DNA from: an uncultured Acidobacteriota bacterium
Lineage (GTDB): Bacteria > Actinomycetota > Acidimicrobiia > Spongiisociales > ZC4RG35
Assembly: GCA_963746905.1 (NCBI GenBank)
Contig: CAVVCY010000001.1
Coordinates: 78,125 to 142,124, forward strand
Direction: 5' to 3'
Length of the DNA: 64,000 bases
Shown here: positions 1-9,682 of the stretch, piece after piece
Numbering within the stretch: position 1 is the first letter of the stretch
Layout of the letters: each line of letters begins with the position of its first letter
The notes under the pieces: generated by a model
Told to the model about the DNA's origin: nothing
Seen by the model: the letters and a program-made list of their open reading frames with translations, nothing else
Database searches by the model: none
Made by a program: the position numbers and the translations under genes

Positions 1-110
1 TCGAACAAATCGCTCAAGCCCCGCATTTGATCGGTACTCATTCGTTGACCCACGATGAGGACGGTAACGAGAGGTCGGCACAACTCCGAAGGCGACGGGA
101 TACTTGGGGG

Positions 111-1127
111 ATGCGAGCACTGGTTCTCCATGGCCCCAGAGTGGCTCGGGTCGAAGATGTAGCTCCGCCCACCGCGAAGGCAGGTCTCGTCGTAGTCGAG
201 GTCGAACGGGCTGGGATATGTGGAACCGATGTCGAGTTCTTCACAGGTGAGATGGACTATCTCCGTCAGGGTTATGAGTCCTATCCGCTTCGAATCGGTC
301 ACGAATGGGTTGGCCGGGTGACTGCTCTCGGCGAGGGAGTGGACCCAACCTGGTTGGGAAAGCGGGTCACTGGCGACACCATGCTCGGTTGCGGGGAATG
401 TGACCGGTGTCGCAGCGGACGACACCACATCTGCGAATTCCGTCATGAGATCGGGGTTCGCGGGGGCTGGCCGGGTGCTCTGGCTGAGCAACTGGCCGTT
501 CCTGCCTCGGCACTCTATGAGATTCCCGAGCAGGTCTCGTCCTCGGCAGCGGCCCTGGTCGAGCCCGGAGGTGGTGCGGTCCGGGCCGTGAACGCGACCG
601 GGCTCGAGGCGGGTCAACGCCTGCTGGTCTTCGGCCCGGGCACGATCGGGCTTCTCGTCGCTCAATTCGCGATGGCCCGAGGCGTCGAGGTCCACATCGT
701 GGGTATCGAGAATGCGGGCCTCGACCTGGCCCGGTCCTTGGGTGTGCGCTACACCTACCTGGGGACCGATGATCTGTCAGGGCTTTTCGATGGTGTTGTC
801 GACGCAACCATCGACGCTGGAATCCCAGCTTTGAGCCTCGGGCATGTCGAACCCGGAGGGCGGCTGGTCCTGATCGGCATCTCTACCGAGCCGAGCCTGC
901 TCGACAGCCGTCGGATCACCCTGGGTGACGTGACTGTCGTCGGAATCCTCGGAGGCTCGGCCGGGCTCGGCGAGGCGATCGCGGCCTACAGCGACGGCCG
1001 GGTTGTGCCCGACCCGTTGGTGTCCGAGGTGATTGGCCTCGAAGATGTCGCCGGACGGTTGGCGGGCGAGAGAGGTCCCGAAGCGGGGTCGGGCCCGAAA
1101 GTGCATGTTGACCCGAAGCTGGTCTGA
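111..1127 (+). CDS. Zn-dependent alcohol dehydrogenase, MDR superfamily (threonine/sorbitol dehydrogenase-like)
   Basis: ORF 27..1127. Likely start is ATG 111 (MRALVLHGP). Motifs GICGTDVEFF, GHEWVGRV, structural-Zn CGECDRC and Rossmann GPGTIGLL. Confidence 0.85.
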   Translation: MRALVLHGPRVARVEDVAPPTAKAGLVVVEVERAGICGTDVEFFTGEMDYLRQGYESYPLRIGHEWVGRVTALGEGVDPTWLGKRVTGDTMLGCGECDRCRSGRHHICEFRHEIGVRGGWPGALAEQLAVPASALYEIPEQVSSSAAALVEPGGGAVRAVNATGLEAGQRLLVFGPGTIGLLVAQFAMARGVEVHIVGIENAGLDLARSLGVRYTYLGTDDLSGLFDGVVDATIDAGIPALSLGHVEPGGRLVLIGISTEPSLLDSRRITLGDVTVVGILGGSAGLGEAIAAYSDGRVVPDPLVSEVIGLEDVAGRLAGERGPEAGSGPKVHVDPKLV

Positions 1128-1142
1128 GGGTGACCGCGGAGA

Positions 1143-1508
1143 TCAGGTGATGGTTCGCGGGAAGCCGCAACGCACCGCGGTCTCGGGATCCCGGAACGAA
1201 GTGATCCCCGAGATGGTCTTGCTGCCCTCGGCTACTTCGATCACCTGGATGCCACTGACAGTCATCACTCCGTCCGAGCCGGGCTCGTAGGTGGCAAAGG
1301 CCGGTTGCCCGTTGGCGCCGCCTGGCCGCATGGTGACTCCATTCGGCCGGACGTGGGCGAATATCGCCACTTCGATGAAGTCCGCCACCGTTTCCGAGCC
1401 TTGGTACCAGGTGGGGATCGGCGGCATCGAAATCCGGACGTCGTCAGTGACTGTGGCCAGGAACTCGGTGATGTCGGCTCGCTCCCAGGCCCTCATGTAT
1501 CTGTCCAA
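1143..1508 (-). CDS. SnoaL/NTF2-like domain fragment, probably the detached C-terminal domain of the upstream ECF sigma
   Basis: LLDRYMRAWERADITEFLATVTDDVRISMPPIPTWYQG is the typical linker plus SnoaL-like domain of SigG-type sigmas. It overlaps the sigma ORF by 16 nt in another frame and has no RBS of its own. Confidence 0.6.
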   Translation of the reverse strand: MDRYMRAWERADITEFLATVTDDVRISMPPIPTWYQGSETVADFIEVAIFAHVRPNGVTMRPGGANGQPAFATYEPGSDGVMTVSGIQVIEVAEGSKTISGITSFRDPETAVRCGFPRTIT

Positions 1509-2161
1509 TAGCTTCCTTCACTCCGGGATCCTTCGGATCGGCAGGCAGCGGTGTTGCGCGAGGCATTCATGGTCTCCCGGGCGCGGAAGAGCAAGCTGTT
1601 GACCGCTGACGGAGAACTGTCGAGCACCTCGGCTACCTCGTTCTGGGAGAAATCCAGGACGTCGTGGAGCAGCAAGGCGGCTCTTTGACGGGCCGAAAGC
1701 CTTTGCAGCGCAGCGATGAAGGCGAGGCTGATCCGTTCTCGTTGTTCGGCGGAATACGCTGGGTCTTGCTCGAGCCCGATGTTCGCATCACCGATCGGCT
1801 CGACCCATTCGATGGCGACATCGGCGCCCTCGGGGAAGGACCCAGGGGCGGCTGACGGACCGTGGTTGACCGGGTGGCTGCGTGGGCGGCGCCCTCTGAG
1901 CCGGTCGATGCAGAGGTTGGTGGCGATTCGATACATCCAGCCCTGAAAAGAGCCCCGGGCCTCGAAAGTATCGAGACGTTGCCAGGCACGCAGCAACGTG
2001 TCTTGCAGGGCCTCTTCTGCGTCGGGGCCCGAGCCCAACATCCGATAACAGTGACGGAGGAGACCCATTCGATGCCCGTCGACCAAGGAGGCGAACGCAA
2101 CAGTGTCGCCCGCCCGAGCGCGAGCCAGGGTCGGCCCTATTTCGGCGATTTGGCTCGTCAT
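1493..2161 (-). CDS. ECF sigma-70 family factor (regions 2 and 4), SigG/TIGR02960-like; C-terminal domain displaced into another frame
   Basis: Region 2 (DTLLRAWQRLDTFEARGSFQGWMYRIATNLCIDRLR) and region 4 (LSARQRAALLLHDVLDFSQNEVAEVLDSSPSAVNSLLFRARE). The tail NASRNTAACRSEGSRSEGSYWTDT looks off-frame. Confidence 0.8.
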   Translation of the reverse strand: MTSQIAEIGPTLARARAGDTVAFASLVDGHRMGLLRHCYRMLGSGPDAEEALQDTLLRAWQRLDTFEARGSFQGWMYRIATNLCIDRLRGRRPRSHPVNHGPSAAPGSFPEGADVAIEWVEPIGDANIGLEQDPAYSAEQRERISLAFIAALQRLSARQRAALLLHDVLDFSQNEVAEVLDSSPSAVNSLLFRARETMNASRNTAACRSEGSRSEGSYWTDT

Positions 2162-2272
2162 CTGTCACCCATCACGACTGTCACACACTGTATGACGAGA
2201 TCCGGGCTCGAAATCTTGCGGTTGATGCGTGGCGAGTAGCCTGCACCCGCTCGCCCGACCTGACCTCCGGGG

Positions 2273-3100
2273 ATGAAGGACATTAGGTTCCGCCGTGTGA
2301 CGGTTGATTCATTGCGGGCACGATTCGCTGCCCTTCACATGCAGGGCACCTTTCTGATGCCCAACGCCTGGGACGTCGGGTCGGCGAAGATCATCGAGTC
2401 GATGGGATTTCAGGCGACCGCAACAACCAGCTCAGGCTTTGCCGCATCACTGGGACGGATGGATCAGCAGACCACTCTCGATGAACTGGTAGGCCACGTG
2501 CACGCCCTGGCGTCAGCCGTCGAGATTCCGATCAGCGTCGACGCTGAGAACGGTTACGCGAACAGTCCTCAGGGTGTGGCCGGTACCGTGACGCGCTTGG
2601 CTAACGCTGGCGCCTCGGGGCTTTCGATCGAGGACTACGACCCAACAGGCGGCATCTACCCGATCGAAATGGCGGTGGAAAGGGTGGCGGCCGCCGTGAA
2701 AGCGGCAAGCCCGCTCGGCGTCACGCTTACGGCACGCGCCGAGAACCATCTCTACGACATCGAGGACATCGAAGACACCATCGCCCGGCTGCAGGCATTC
2801 CGTCAGGCGGGGGCGGATGTTCTCTATGCCCCTGGTCTGATCGACCCCGATCGCATTGGTCGGGTGGTCAGTGAGGCCGGAGCCCCGGTCAACGTGCTCC
2901 TCCTGCCGGGCGGCCCAACTGTGGGCCAGCTGAGCGAGCTCGGGGTGCGCCGGCTGTCGACGGGGGGTGCACTGACGTTCGCTGCTTATGGGGCAATTGC
3001 CATTGCCGCAACGGAGCTGCTCAACGCGGGAACCTCGACATATATGGAGCGGAACCTTTCGCGTGTGGACCGTGCCGCAGCTTTTGGGGATGACACGTAG
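2273..3100 (+). CDS. Isocitrate lyase/PEP mutase family protein (2-methylisocitrate lyase-like)
   Basis: MPNAWDVGSAKIIESMGFQATATTSSGFA and ISVDAENGY motifs; 275 aa. Confidence 0.8.
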   Translation: MKDIRFRRVTVDSLRARFAALHMQGTFLMPNAWDVGSAKIIESMGFQATATTSSGFAASLGRMDQQTTLDELVGHVHALASAVEIPISVDAENGYANSPQGVAGTVTRLANAGASGLSIEDYDPTGGIYPIEMAVERVAAAVKAASPLGVTLTARAENHLYDIEDIEDTIARLQAFRQAGADVLYAPGLIDPDRIGRVVSEAGAPVNVLLLPGGPTVGQLSELGVRRLSTGGALTFAAYGAIAIAATELLNAGTSTYMERNLSRVDRAAAFGDDT

Positions 3101-3136
3101 CTTGTTGTCGGTGCGTTCCGAACGAAGGGGTGAACG

Positions 3137-3550
3137 ATGATCTTCGACTATTTCGCAGACCTGAATTGGCTCGCCATCCTGGTGGCCGCGGTCGCCTGGT
3201 TCGTTTTCAGTGCGGTCTGGTATTCGATTCCCCCACTCAGCAACGCCTGGCAAAAAGCGGCCAAGGTGACTCCTGGCGAGGGTCCGCCTCTGGCGATGAT
3301 CCTGATACCCACCTTTATCGGCTACTTCGTGACCTCGATCGTCATCGCCTTGATCGCCACCGCGATCGCAGGTGATGAGGTCATCAATGGGGTCGCTCTC
3401 GGTGTTGCCCTGGGTGTCGGATTCGGCGTTGTGGGAGCCGTCGTGAACCAGATGTACGAGCAGAAGGGCAAGTCCTACTGGCTGATCAACGGGGCAAACT
3501 CAGTCATCGCGTACACCGTCGTTGCGGTGATCGTCACGATCTGGGACTGA
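3137..3550 (+). CDS. DUF1761-like small membrane protein
   Basis: 137 aa with 4 predicted TM segments. N-terminus NWLAILVAAVAWFVFSAVWYS. RBS AAGGGG upstream. Confidence 0.55.
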   Translation: MIFDYFADLNWLAILVAAVAWFVFSAVWYSIPPLSNAWQKAAKVTPGEGPPLAMILIPTFIGYFVTSIVIALIATAIAGDEVINGVALGVALGVGFGVVGAVVNQMYEQKGKSYWLINGANSVIAYTVVAVIVTIWD

Positions 3551-3577
3551 CCCCGCTCAGGAGGGCGGTTCGAGCAG

Positions 3578-4138
3578 TCAGGAAGACGCCTCGAAGTCGA
3601 CCTCTTTGCTCTCAACCGTCCCCGCTGTTCGCCCCGGCGCCTTCTGGTTGGACCAGTACATGTTGGTGTGTGCGATGACTTGATCTGGCGGCGGCGCCCC
3701 CCATTCGGAAAGGTCCTCAGTGGTGTGAGCGTCACTTACAAGAGTTGCGTCGTAGCCCCTGACCAACGCACCGTGCAGTGTCGAGCGAACGCACTCATCG
3801 GTTTGAGCCCCGACGACAAAGAGGCGACCGATGCCGAGACCGGAGAGGACACTTTCGAGGGTGGTTTCTTCAAATGAGTCGGCATAGTGCTTCTCAACAA
3901 GCGGCTCTGTGTCGCTCGGGTCGAGCTCGGGGACGATCAGCCACTCGTCGGTTCCCCTTTCCAGCCCTTCGTCGGAGTGTTGGACCCAAACCACAGGGAC
4001 CTGTTCCTTCCGGGCCTTTTCGACAAGGCTGCCGACGTTGGCGACGACCTCGTCACGCAGGTGAGCCCCGGCCACGACGCCGTTTTGCACATCGATGACG
4101 AGCAATGCGGTATTCGGTCTGTTCTCGAGGGTGCTCAT
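3578..4138 (-). CDS. Isochorismatase-family cysteine hydrolase
   Basis: ORF 3578..4174. Preferred start is ATG 4138 with AAGGGA RBS. Motifs ALLVIDVQNGVV and FVVGAQTDECV (catalytic Cys). Confidence 0.8.
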   Translation of the reverse strand: MSTLENRPNTALLVIDVQNGVVAGAHLRDEVVANVGSLVEKARKEQVPVVWVQHSDEGLERGTDEWLIVPELDPSDTEPLVEKHYADSFEETTLESVLSGLGIGRLFVVGAQTDECVRSTLHGALVRGYDATLVSDAHTTEDLSEWGAPPPDQVIAHTNMYWSNQKAPGRTAGTVESKEVDFEASS

Positions 4139-4225
4139 GGTTTTCCCTTGCTCAGGCTGGGCTCCGGTGAGCACTTACGGTAGACCCCTCCATCGGATTC
4201 GCGATCCGGGAGGTTGCCGCGATTT

Positions 4226-4618
4226 CTAGGCGACGGCTGCCGAAGGCCCTGGATGAAGCTCGTAACGGCTTCGAATGTGGAAGCGCTCCTGGGCGGCGAA
4301 GGCACGGGTCGCAGCTGCCTCCTCATCGAGATGAGGTGCATGGCTCACGGGTGTGAACCGTTCCAGCCAATCGGCATCAGGCTCGTGGACCGCCACCGGC
4401 TCCTCGATGTGGTCGGCGGGGCGGGCAAACCATCGTCTGTGCACCGGACCTGACAGAACTTCGGGAAAGCTAAAGCTGAGGTGTCCGCATGTCTCGCAGA
4501 CGGCCCGCTCGACTCCAGCCGTGATGGTGGTCAGTGTCTCCGAGTGCGGGCATACCTTTGCCACTTGTCGCTTGGTCACAACCGCGACGTGGATGCCTCC
4601 CATAGCAATCTCCGCCAT
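4226..4618 (-). CDS. Hypothetical protein with CxH...CxxC zinc-ribbon-like motif
   Basis: 130-aa ORF directly downstream of lon on the same strand. Contains VCPHSE...VCETCGH. No family recognised. Confidence 0.4.
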   Translation of the reverse strand: MAEIAMGGIHVAVVTKRQVAKVCPHSETLTTITAGVERAVCETCGHLSFSFPEVLSGPVHRRWFARPADHIEEPVAVHEPDADWLERFTPVSHAPHLDEEAAATRAFAAQERFHIRSRYELHPGPSAAVA

Positions 4619-4708
4619 AGCACAAGGTTTATCGAAACCTGCGGCAATCCACTATGGGTCATAAGACCCAATGGTGTGGATAAGTCTCCTGGCGGTTGTC
4701 GACAGGGT

Positions 4709-7009
4709 CTAGGTGGTCAGCGCCGCCGCGAGTACGTCGTCGACTGTGTCTGCGATGTGGAACGTCAAGGCTTCGCTGACCAATTCGGGCACATCATCGA
4801 GGTCGATCTCGTTGCGCCGGGGAACGACGACCTCGGTCAGCCCGGCACGATGCGCCGCCAGGATCTTCTGCTTCACCCCGCCGATCGGGAGCACCTTGCC
4901 CTGCAGGGTGATCTCGCCCGTCATCCCGACCGTGTTCTTCACTTTCCGACCCGTGAGGAGGGATACCAGTGCGGTGAGCATGGTCACCCCCGCCGACGGG
5001 CCGTCCTTGGGAATGGCGCCCGCCGGGACGTGGACATGGAAGCGCCGCTTGAGGAGGGCCGGGTCGATTCCCAGGTCGTCGGCGTGGGCCTGTACATAGG
5101 ACAAAGCGATCTTGGCCGACTCCTTCATCACGTCTCCCAGTTGACCGGTCAGTGTGAGGCCGGGCTCTCCATCCATTGCCGTGGCTTCGATGAACAACAC
5201 GTCTCCGCCCGCCCCGGTGACCGCTAGGCCGGTTGCCACGCCCGGGATATCGGTCCGATCCGACGCTTCGTCCTTCCACACCTTTGGCTTGCCCAGGTAG
5301 TCCCGCACCTGAGGCTCATCGACCACGATCGGATCCGACTCACTGTCCGGCCGCTTCGCGACCTCCGTCGCCACCTTTCTGGCGAGCTTGCCCAGTTCGC
5401 GTTCGAGGTTGCGGACCCCCGCCTCCCGCGTGTATCGATCAACGATGGCGGCCAGGGCAGGTTCGGTTACCTCCAGCTCCTCCGGCTCCAGGGCTGCGGC
5501 CCGAAGCTGGCGGGGGAGAAGGTGATCGCGTGCGATCTCCACCTTCTCGACATCGGTGTAGCCGTCGAGGGTGATCACTTCGGTCCGGTCGAGGAGTGGC
5601 CCGGGGATAGTTTCGATCACATTGGCCGTCGCAATGAAAAGCACGTCAGACAGATCGAGGTCGACCTCCAGGTAGTTGTCTCGGAACGTGTGGTTCTGTG
5701 CGGGGTCCAGCACCTCTAGTAACGCCGAGGAAGGGTCTCCCCTCCAGTCATTGCCCACCTTGTCCATTTCGTCGAGGAGGAAGACGGGGTTCATGGTCCC
5801 GGCCTCGGTCAGGGCACGAGCGATCCGCCCTGGCCGGGCGCCGACGTAGGTCCGGCGATGACCCCGGATCTCGGCCTCGTCGCGGACGCCACCGAGGGCG
5901 ACCCGGATGAACTTGCGTCCGAGAGCGCGGGCGACCGATTCGCCCAGCGAGGTCTTGCCGACACCGGGTGGGCCGACCAGGAGAAGGATTGCGCCGACGC
6001 TGCGCTCGCCCTCGTCGGAGAGCCCGCGCTCGGAACGGAGCTTTCGCACCGCCAGGTGCTCGATGATCCGCTCCTTGACATCTTCGAGTCCGGTGTGGTC
6101 GGCGTCGAGAACCGTCCACGCCTCTTCGAGGTCGAGCCTGTCATCGGAGCGCACACCCCAGGGCAGGTCGAACATCGTGTCGAGCCAGGTCCTGATCCAT
6201 GAGTGCTCGGGGGACTGCTCGCTCATCCGATCGAGTCGGTCGATCTCTCGTTCGACCGACTCACGGACCTTTTCAGGTAGTTCACGGGCGGCGAGCTTCT
6301 CTCGGTACTCGGAGGTTACGTCGCCGTCCTCGCCCAGTTCCTTGCGGATCGCCTCCATCTGCTGGCGGAGGATGTAATCCTTCTGGCCCTTTTCGATCCG
6401 TTCGGTGGCGTCCTCGCGCACCTTGCGACGGAGCTCGAGGTCGGCGAGGAGCTCACGCATCCATACCAGAAGCATGCCCAGCCGGCGTCGGATGTCGAGC
6501 GCCTCGAGGATCTCGACCTTCTGCTCCAGGGAGAGGTCGGGGGAGTAGACGGCGAGGTCGGCGAGCTGGGATGGGTTGTCGACGGCGAGGAGGCGCTCGG
6601 CGACTCCTGCCAGACCTCGGTTCTCGAGGACGGCGCTGACCACTGCCCGATACTCCGCGATCAACTCTTCCAGGTCATCATCGATGATGTCGATTTCGGG
6701 ATAGGCCTCGGCTTCGACCCACAGGGCTCCGCTGTCATCTACCGAGCCGGCGCCGACGCGGGCCCGGGCCATACCTGATACGACGACGCTGCCGTCGTCG
6801 TCGGATTGGATCTCGGCAATGGTGCCGACCGTCGAATAGCGACCTTCGAGTTTGGGGACCAACAGCAAGCGCCCGTCACTGCGAGAGGCAGCAGCGAGGG
6901 CAGTCTTGCCCTCTTCGGTCTCCACCCGGATGGTGACCACCATGTGGGGGAACACCACACCGTTGTGAAGGGGGAGGACGGGAAGAGTCAGTTGCGCTGT
7001 GTCAGGCAT
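4709..7009 (-). CDS. lon: ATP-dependent Lon protease
   Basis: Walker A GPPGVGKTS, DEMDK, catalytic PKDGPSAG. N-terminal LPVLPLHNGVVFPHM. Start chosen at ATG 7009 (MPDTAQL) with GAAGGAAA upstream; the ORF extends to 7057. Confidence 0.95.
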   Translation of the reverse strand: MPDTAQLTLPVLPLHNGVVFPHMVVTIRVETEEGKTALAAASRSDGRLLLVPKLEGRYSTVGTIAEIQSDDDGSVVVSGMARARVGAGSVDDSGALWVEAEAYPEIDIIDDDLEELIAEYRAVVSAVLENRGLAGVAERLLAVDNPSQLADLAVYSPDLSLEQKVEILEALDIRRRLGMLLVWMRELLADLELRRKVREDATERIEKGQKDYILRQQMEAIRKELGEDGDVTSEYREKLAARELPEKVRESVEREIDRLDRMSEQSPEHSWIRTWLDTMFDLPWGVRSDDRLDLEEAWTVLDADHTGLEDVKERIIEHLAVRKLRSERGLSDEGERSVGAILLLVGPPGVGKTSLGESVARALGRKFIRVALGGVRDEAEIRGHRRTYVGARPGRIARALTEAGTMNPVFLLDEMDKVGNDWRGDPSSALLEVLDPAQNHTFRDNYLEVDLDLSDVLFIATANVIETIPGPLLDRTEVITLDGYTDVEKVEIARDHLLPRQLRAAALEPEELEVTEPALAAIVDRYTREAGVRNLERELGKLARKVATEVAKRPDSESDPIVVDEPQVRDYLGKPKVWKDEASDRTDIPGVATGLAVTGAGGDVLFIEATAMDGEPGLTLTGQLGDVMKESAKIALSYVQAHADDLGIDPALLKRRFHVHVPAGAIPKDGPSAGVTMLTALVSLLTGRKVKNTVGMTGEITLQGKVLPIGGVKQKILAAHRAGLTEVVVPRRNEIDLDDVPELVSEALTFHIADTVDDVLAAALTT

Positions 7010-7143
7010 TGGGGGCCAGTTTCCTTCTTGAAATACGGCTGGTTGAGCCTCTTCCAACCACGTCGCAACCAGCCCTATTCCGGGAATCTGAGTCTTGATC
7101 GCTCAGGTTTGCTGGTCCTGAGTTCGCGAAGGTTTGAGACGCG

Positions 7144-9486
7144 TCACTCCCGCTTCATCATGGCGAGGGCTTCCATCTCCAGGTCGATGTATTGATCACC
7201 GGAGACGTCGACGATCACCTCTTTGATCGTGCCGCCGATGAATTGGTAGGGGTGTGGGCCCGAGTAGTCGGAGGTGACTGGCTCGCCACCATCCTTGCCT
7301 ACGTTGAGGCCCTCTCCGACGAGTGAGAAGTTCCCAGGCTGGGTCATGATTTCCCCTTCGCCCACTTTCTCGTCGTTGATGAACAACGACACGGTTCCCG
7401 TGGTGGGCATGGTGTCGCTCTCTTTGTCGAACGAGACACCCAGGATCAGGTCGCCGGTGGGAATCTCCTTGGTCGACTCGATCATCTGCTCATTGGAGCC
7501 GACAAAGTTGTAGACGTATTTGAGCTTGCCGTCCTTCACGTACAGCGAATGCCCGCCAAAACGGGCGCCATGTGAGAAGAGCACACCCGAGGCCTCCTTG
7601 GTGTCGACCCTGACCTCGACCGCAATCGAGTAGCTCCGGTTGCGGATGTTGACTGCCGCCGTCTCCGGCACCTCGGCCGTGCCCGGGTAGTACACATACC
7701 TGTCTCTCGGGGGCGCCACTTGGGGTCGAGTTGGGTCGGCCAGCACTTCGACGGCCGTCTTGTCCAGCAAGGGGAGGCCGTTGTAGAGGCCGGCTGCATG
7801 GAACCAGAGATTGATCATCTCCTGAACCTTGGCCGGGTTCTCCGGAGCCAGGTCGTTCATCTCGGTACGGTCTTTTTCGGTGTCGTAGAGCTCCCACCGG
7901 TCCTGATCGAAGTGGCCCCACCCAGAGATGGTCGGGTGGACAGAAACCGCTTTCCACCCCTTGTGCCAGATGGCCCTTGAGCCGAGCATCGAGAAGAACC
8001 CGGTCTCTTTAGGCGTGGGGGCATCTGCGTCCTCGAAGGTCGAGCGGATGCTCACCCCTTCCAGTGGGATCTGTTGGAAGCCTTTGACCTCCTCCGGAAG
8101 TTCGATCCCGAGGCAGTCATACATCGTGGCCACGATGTCGGTGGCGTGGCAGAACTGGTCGCGGACCTCACCACTCGCTTTGATCCCCTTCGGCCAGGAA
8201 ATGACCATGGGATCGGCGACCCCACCTTCGAAGTTGTATCGCTTCCACATCTTGAACGGTGTGTTGAACGCCCACGCCCAACCCACCGGATAGTGGTTGT
8301 AGGTCGCGGTCGAGCCCAACTCATCCAGGTACTGGAGGTTCTCCTCCATCGTGTCCGGGATCCCGTTGAAGAACTTGTTTTCGTTGACCGATCCGTTAGG
8401 CCCGCCTTCGCCGCTGGCGCCGTTGTCGGAGACCAACACGATGATCGTGTTCTCCAATTGGCCGGAGTCCTCGAGGTAGGCGAGGAGGCGCCCGATCTCA
8501 TGGTCGGTGTGACTTAGGAACCCTGCGTAGACCTCCGCCATCCGACGGAACAACGCCTTTTCGTCGTCTGACAATGAATCCCAGGGACGGACCACGTCGA
8601 CCGGGTTCCAGGGTTTGCCATCGACGCTCGTCTCCTCGGCGTAGGGGTTGAGCGGGGAGAGCACCGCGTCCTGGGGCATGACCCCCATCTTCTTCTGATT
8701 CTCGAACACGATCTCCCGGTACGCCTCGTAGCCCATGTCGAACTTGCCCTTGTACTTCTCGATCCACTCCTTGGGGGCGTGGTGCGGCGCGTGGGTCGCA
8801 CCGGGGCAGAAGTACATGAAGAACGGCTTGTCGGGCGCGATGGTCTTGGCGTCCTTGATGAACTCAATCGCCTTGTCGGTGAGGTCGACTGTGAGGTGGT
8901 AGCCGTCCTCGGGAAGTGATGGCTGCTCGACAGGGTGGTTGTCGTAGATCAGGTCCGGGTACCACTGGTTGGTCTCGCCTCCCAGGAACCCGTAGTAGCG
9001 CTCGAAACCACGGCCAACCGGCCAGTTTCTCTTGGTGGACGCCATGTTCATCTCGTCGGCCGCCACCAGGTGCCACTTGCCGAGCATGTAGGTGTTCCAA
9101 CCCTGATCGCCGAGCACTTCGGCGATGGTGGCGCACTCGAATGGGATGTGGCCGTTGGCGTTTGGGAACCCGGTGGTCGCCTCAGCGATGCAAGCCATGC
9201 CGTTGGTGGTGTGGTTGCGACCGGTGAGCAGTGAAGACCGGGTAGGCGAGCAGAGGGCTGTGGTGTGCCAGTTGGTGTAAGTGAGCCCGTTGGCCGCCAG
9301 CCTGTTGATATTGGGTGTATCGATCAACCCTCCCCAGGGCTGCATCGCCGAGAAGCCGACATCGTCGAGAACGATATAGAGAACGCTCGGGGATCCGGGA
9401 GGTGCCACCGGCTGTAAGTAGGGCGACCAGTCGGGTGTGGAATCCCGATCGTCGATGTTTATCACCCCTTGGAACGTCTTGCTCAC
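7144..9486 (-). CDS. atsA: Arylsulfatase, large AtsA type (780 aa)
   Basis: Sulfatase signature ALCSPTRSSLLTGRNH (formylglycine Cys codon at 9250..9252). GTG start with AAAGGAAG RBS. No signal peptide visible. Confidence 0.9.
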   Translation of the reverse strand: MSKTFQGVINIDDRDSTPDWSPYLQPVAPPGSPSVLYIVLDDVGFSAMQPWGGLIDTPNINRLAANGLTYTNWHTTALCSPTRSSLLTGRNHTTNGMACIAEATTGFPNANGHIPFECATIAEVLGDQGWNTYMLGKWHLVAADEMNMASTKRNWPVGRGFERYYGFLGGETNQWYPDLIYDNHPVEQPSLPEDGYHLTVDLTDKAIEFIKDAKTIAPDKPFFMYFCPGATHAPHHAPKEWIEKYKGKFDMGYEAYREIVFENQKKMGVMPQDAVLSPLNPYAEETSVDGKPWNPVDVVRPWDSLSDDEKALFRRMAEVYAGFLSHTDHEIGRLLAYLEDSGQLENTIIVLVSDNGASGEGGPNGSVNENKFFNGIPDTMEENLQYLDELGSTATYNHYPVGWAWAFNTPFKMWKRYNFEGGVADPMVISWPKGIKASGEVRDQFCHATDIVATMYDCLGIELPEEVKGFQQIPLEGVSIRSTFEDADAPTPKETGFFSMLGSRAIWHKGWKAVSVHPTISGWGHFDQDRWELYDTEKDRTEMNDLAPENPAKVQEMINLWFHAAGLYNGLPLLDKTAVEVLADPTRPQVAPPRDRYVYYPGTAEVPETAAVNIRNRSYSIAVEVRVDTKEASGVLFSHGARFGGHSLYVKDGKLKYVYNFVGSNEQMIESTKEIPTGDLILGVSFDKESDTMPTTGTVSLFINDEKVGEGEIMTQPGNFSLVGEGLNVGKDGGEPVTSDYSGPHPYQFIGGTIKEVIVDVSGDQYIDLEMEALAMMKRE

Positions 9487-9682
9487 TTTGGCTTCCTTTC
9501 GAATCGTGACCCCAACAAGGGAGCTCTCTCAACTTGGTTCAAGCCCCGGCGACCGAACCTACACCGTCGCGAACCATGGTCGAACAGGCCCCTGCATTGG
9601 CGTCGACCGATCCGCGTAGGATCGATTGCCGGTACGAACACGGCTCATGCGCCGGCTCCGAGCTGGGAAGGACGTAACTGAG

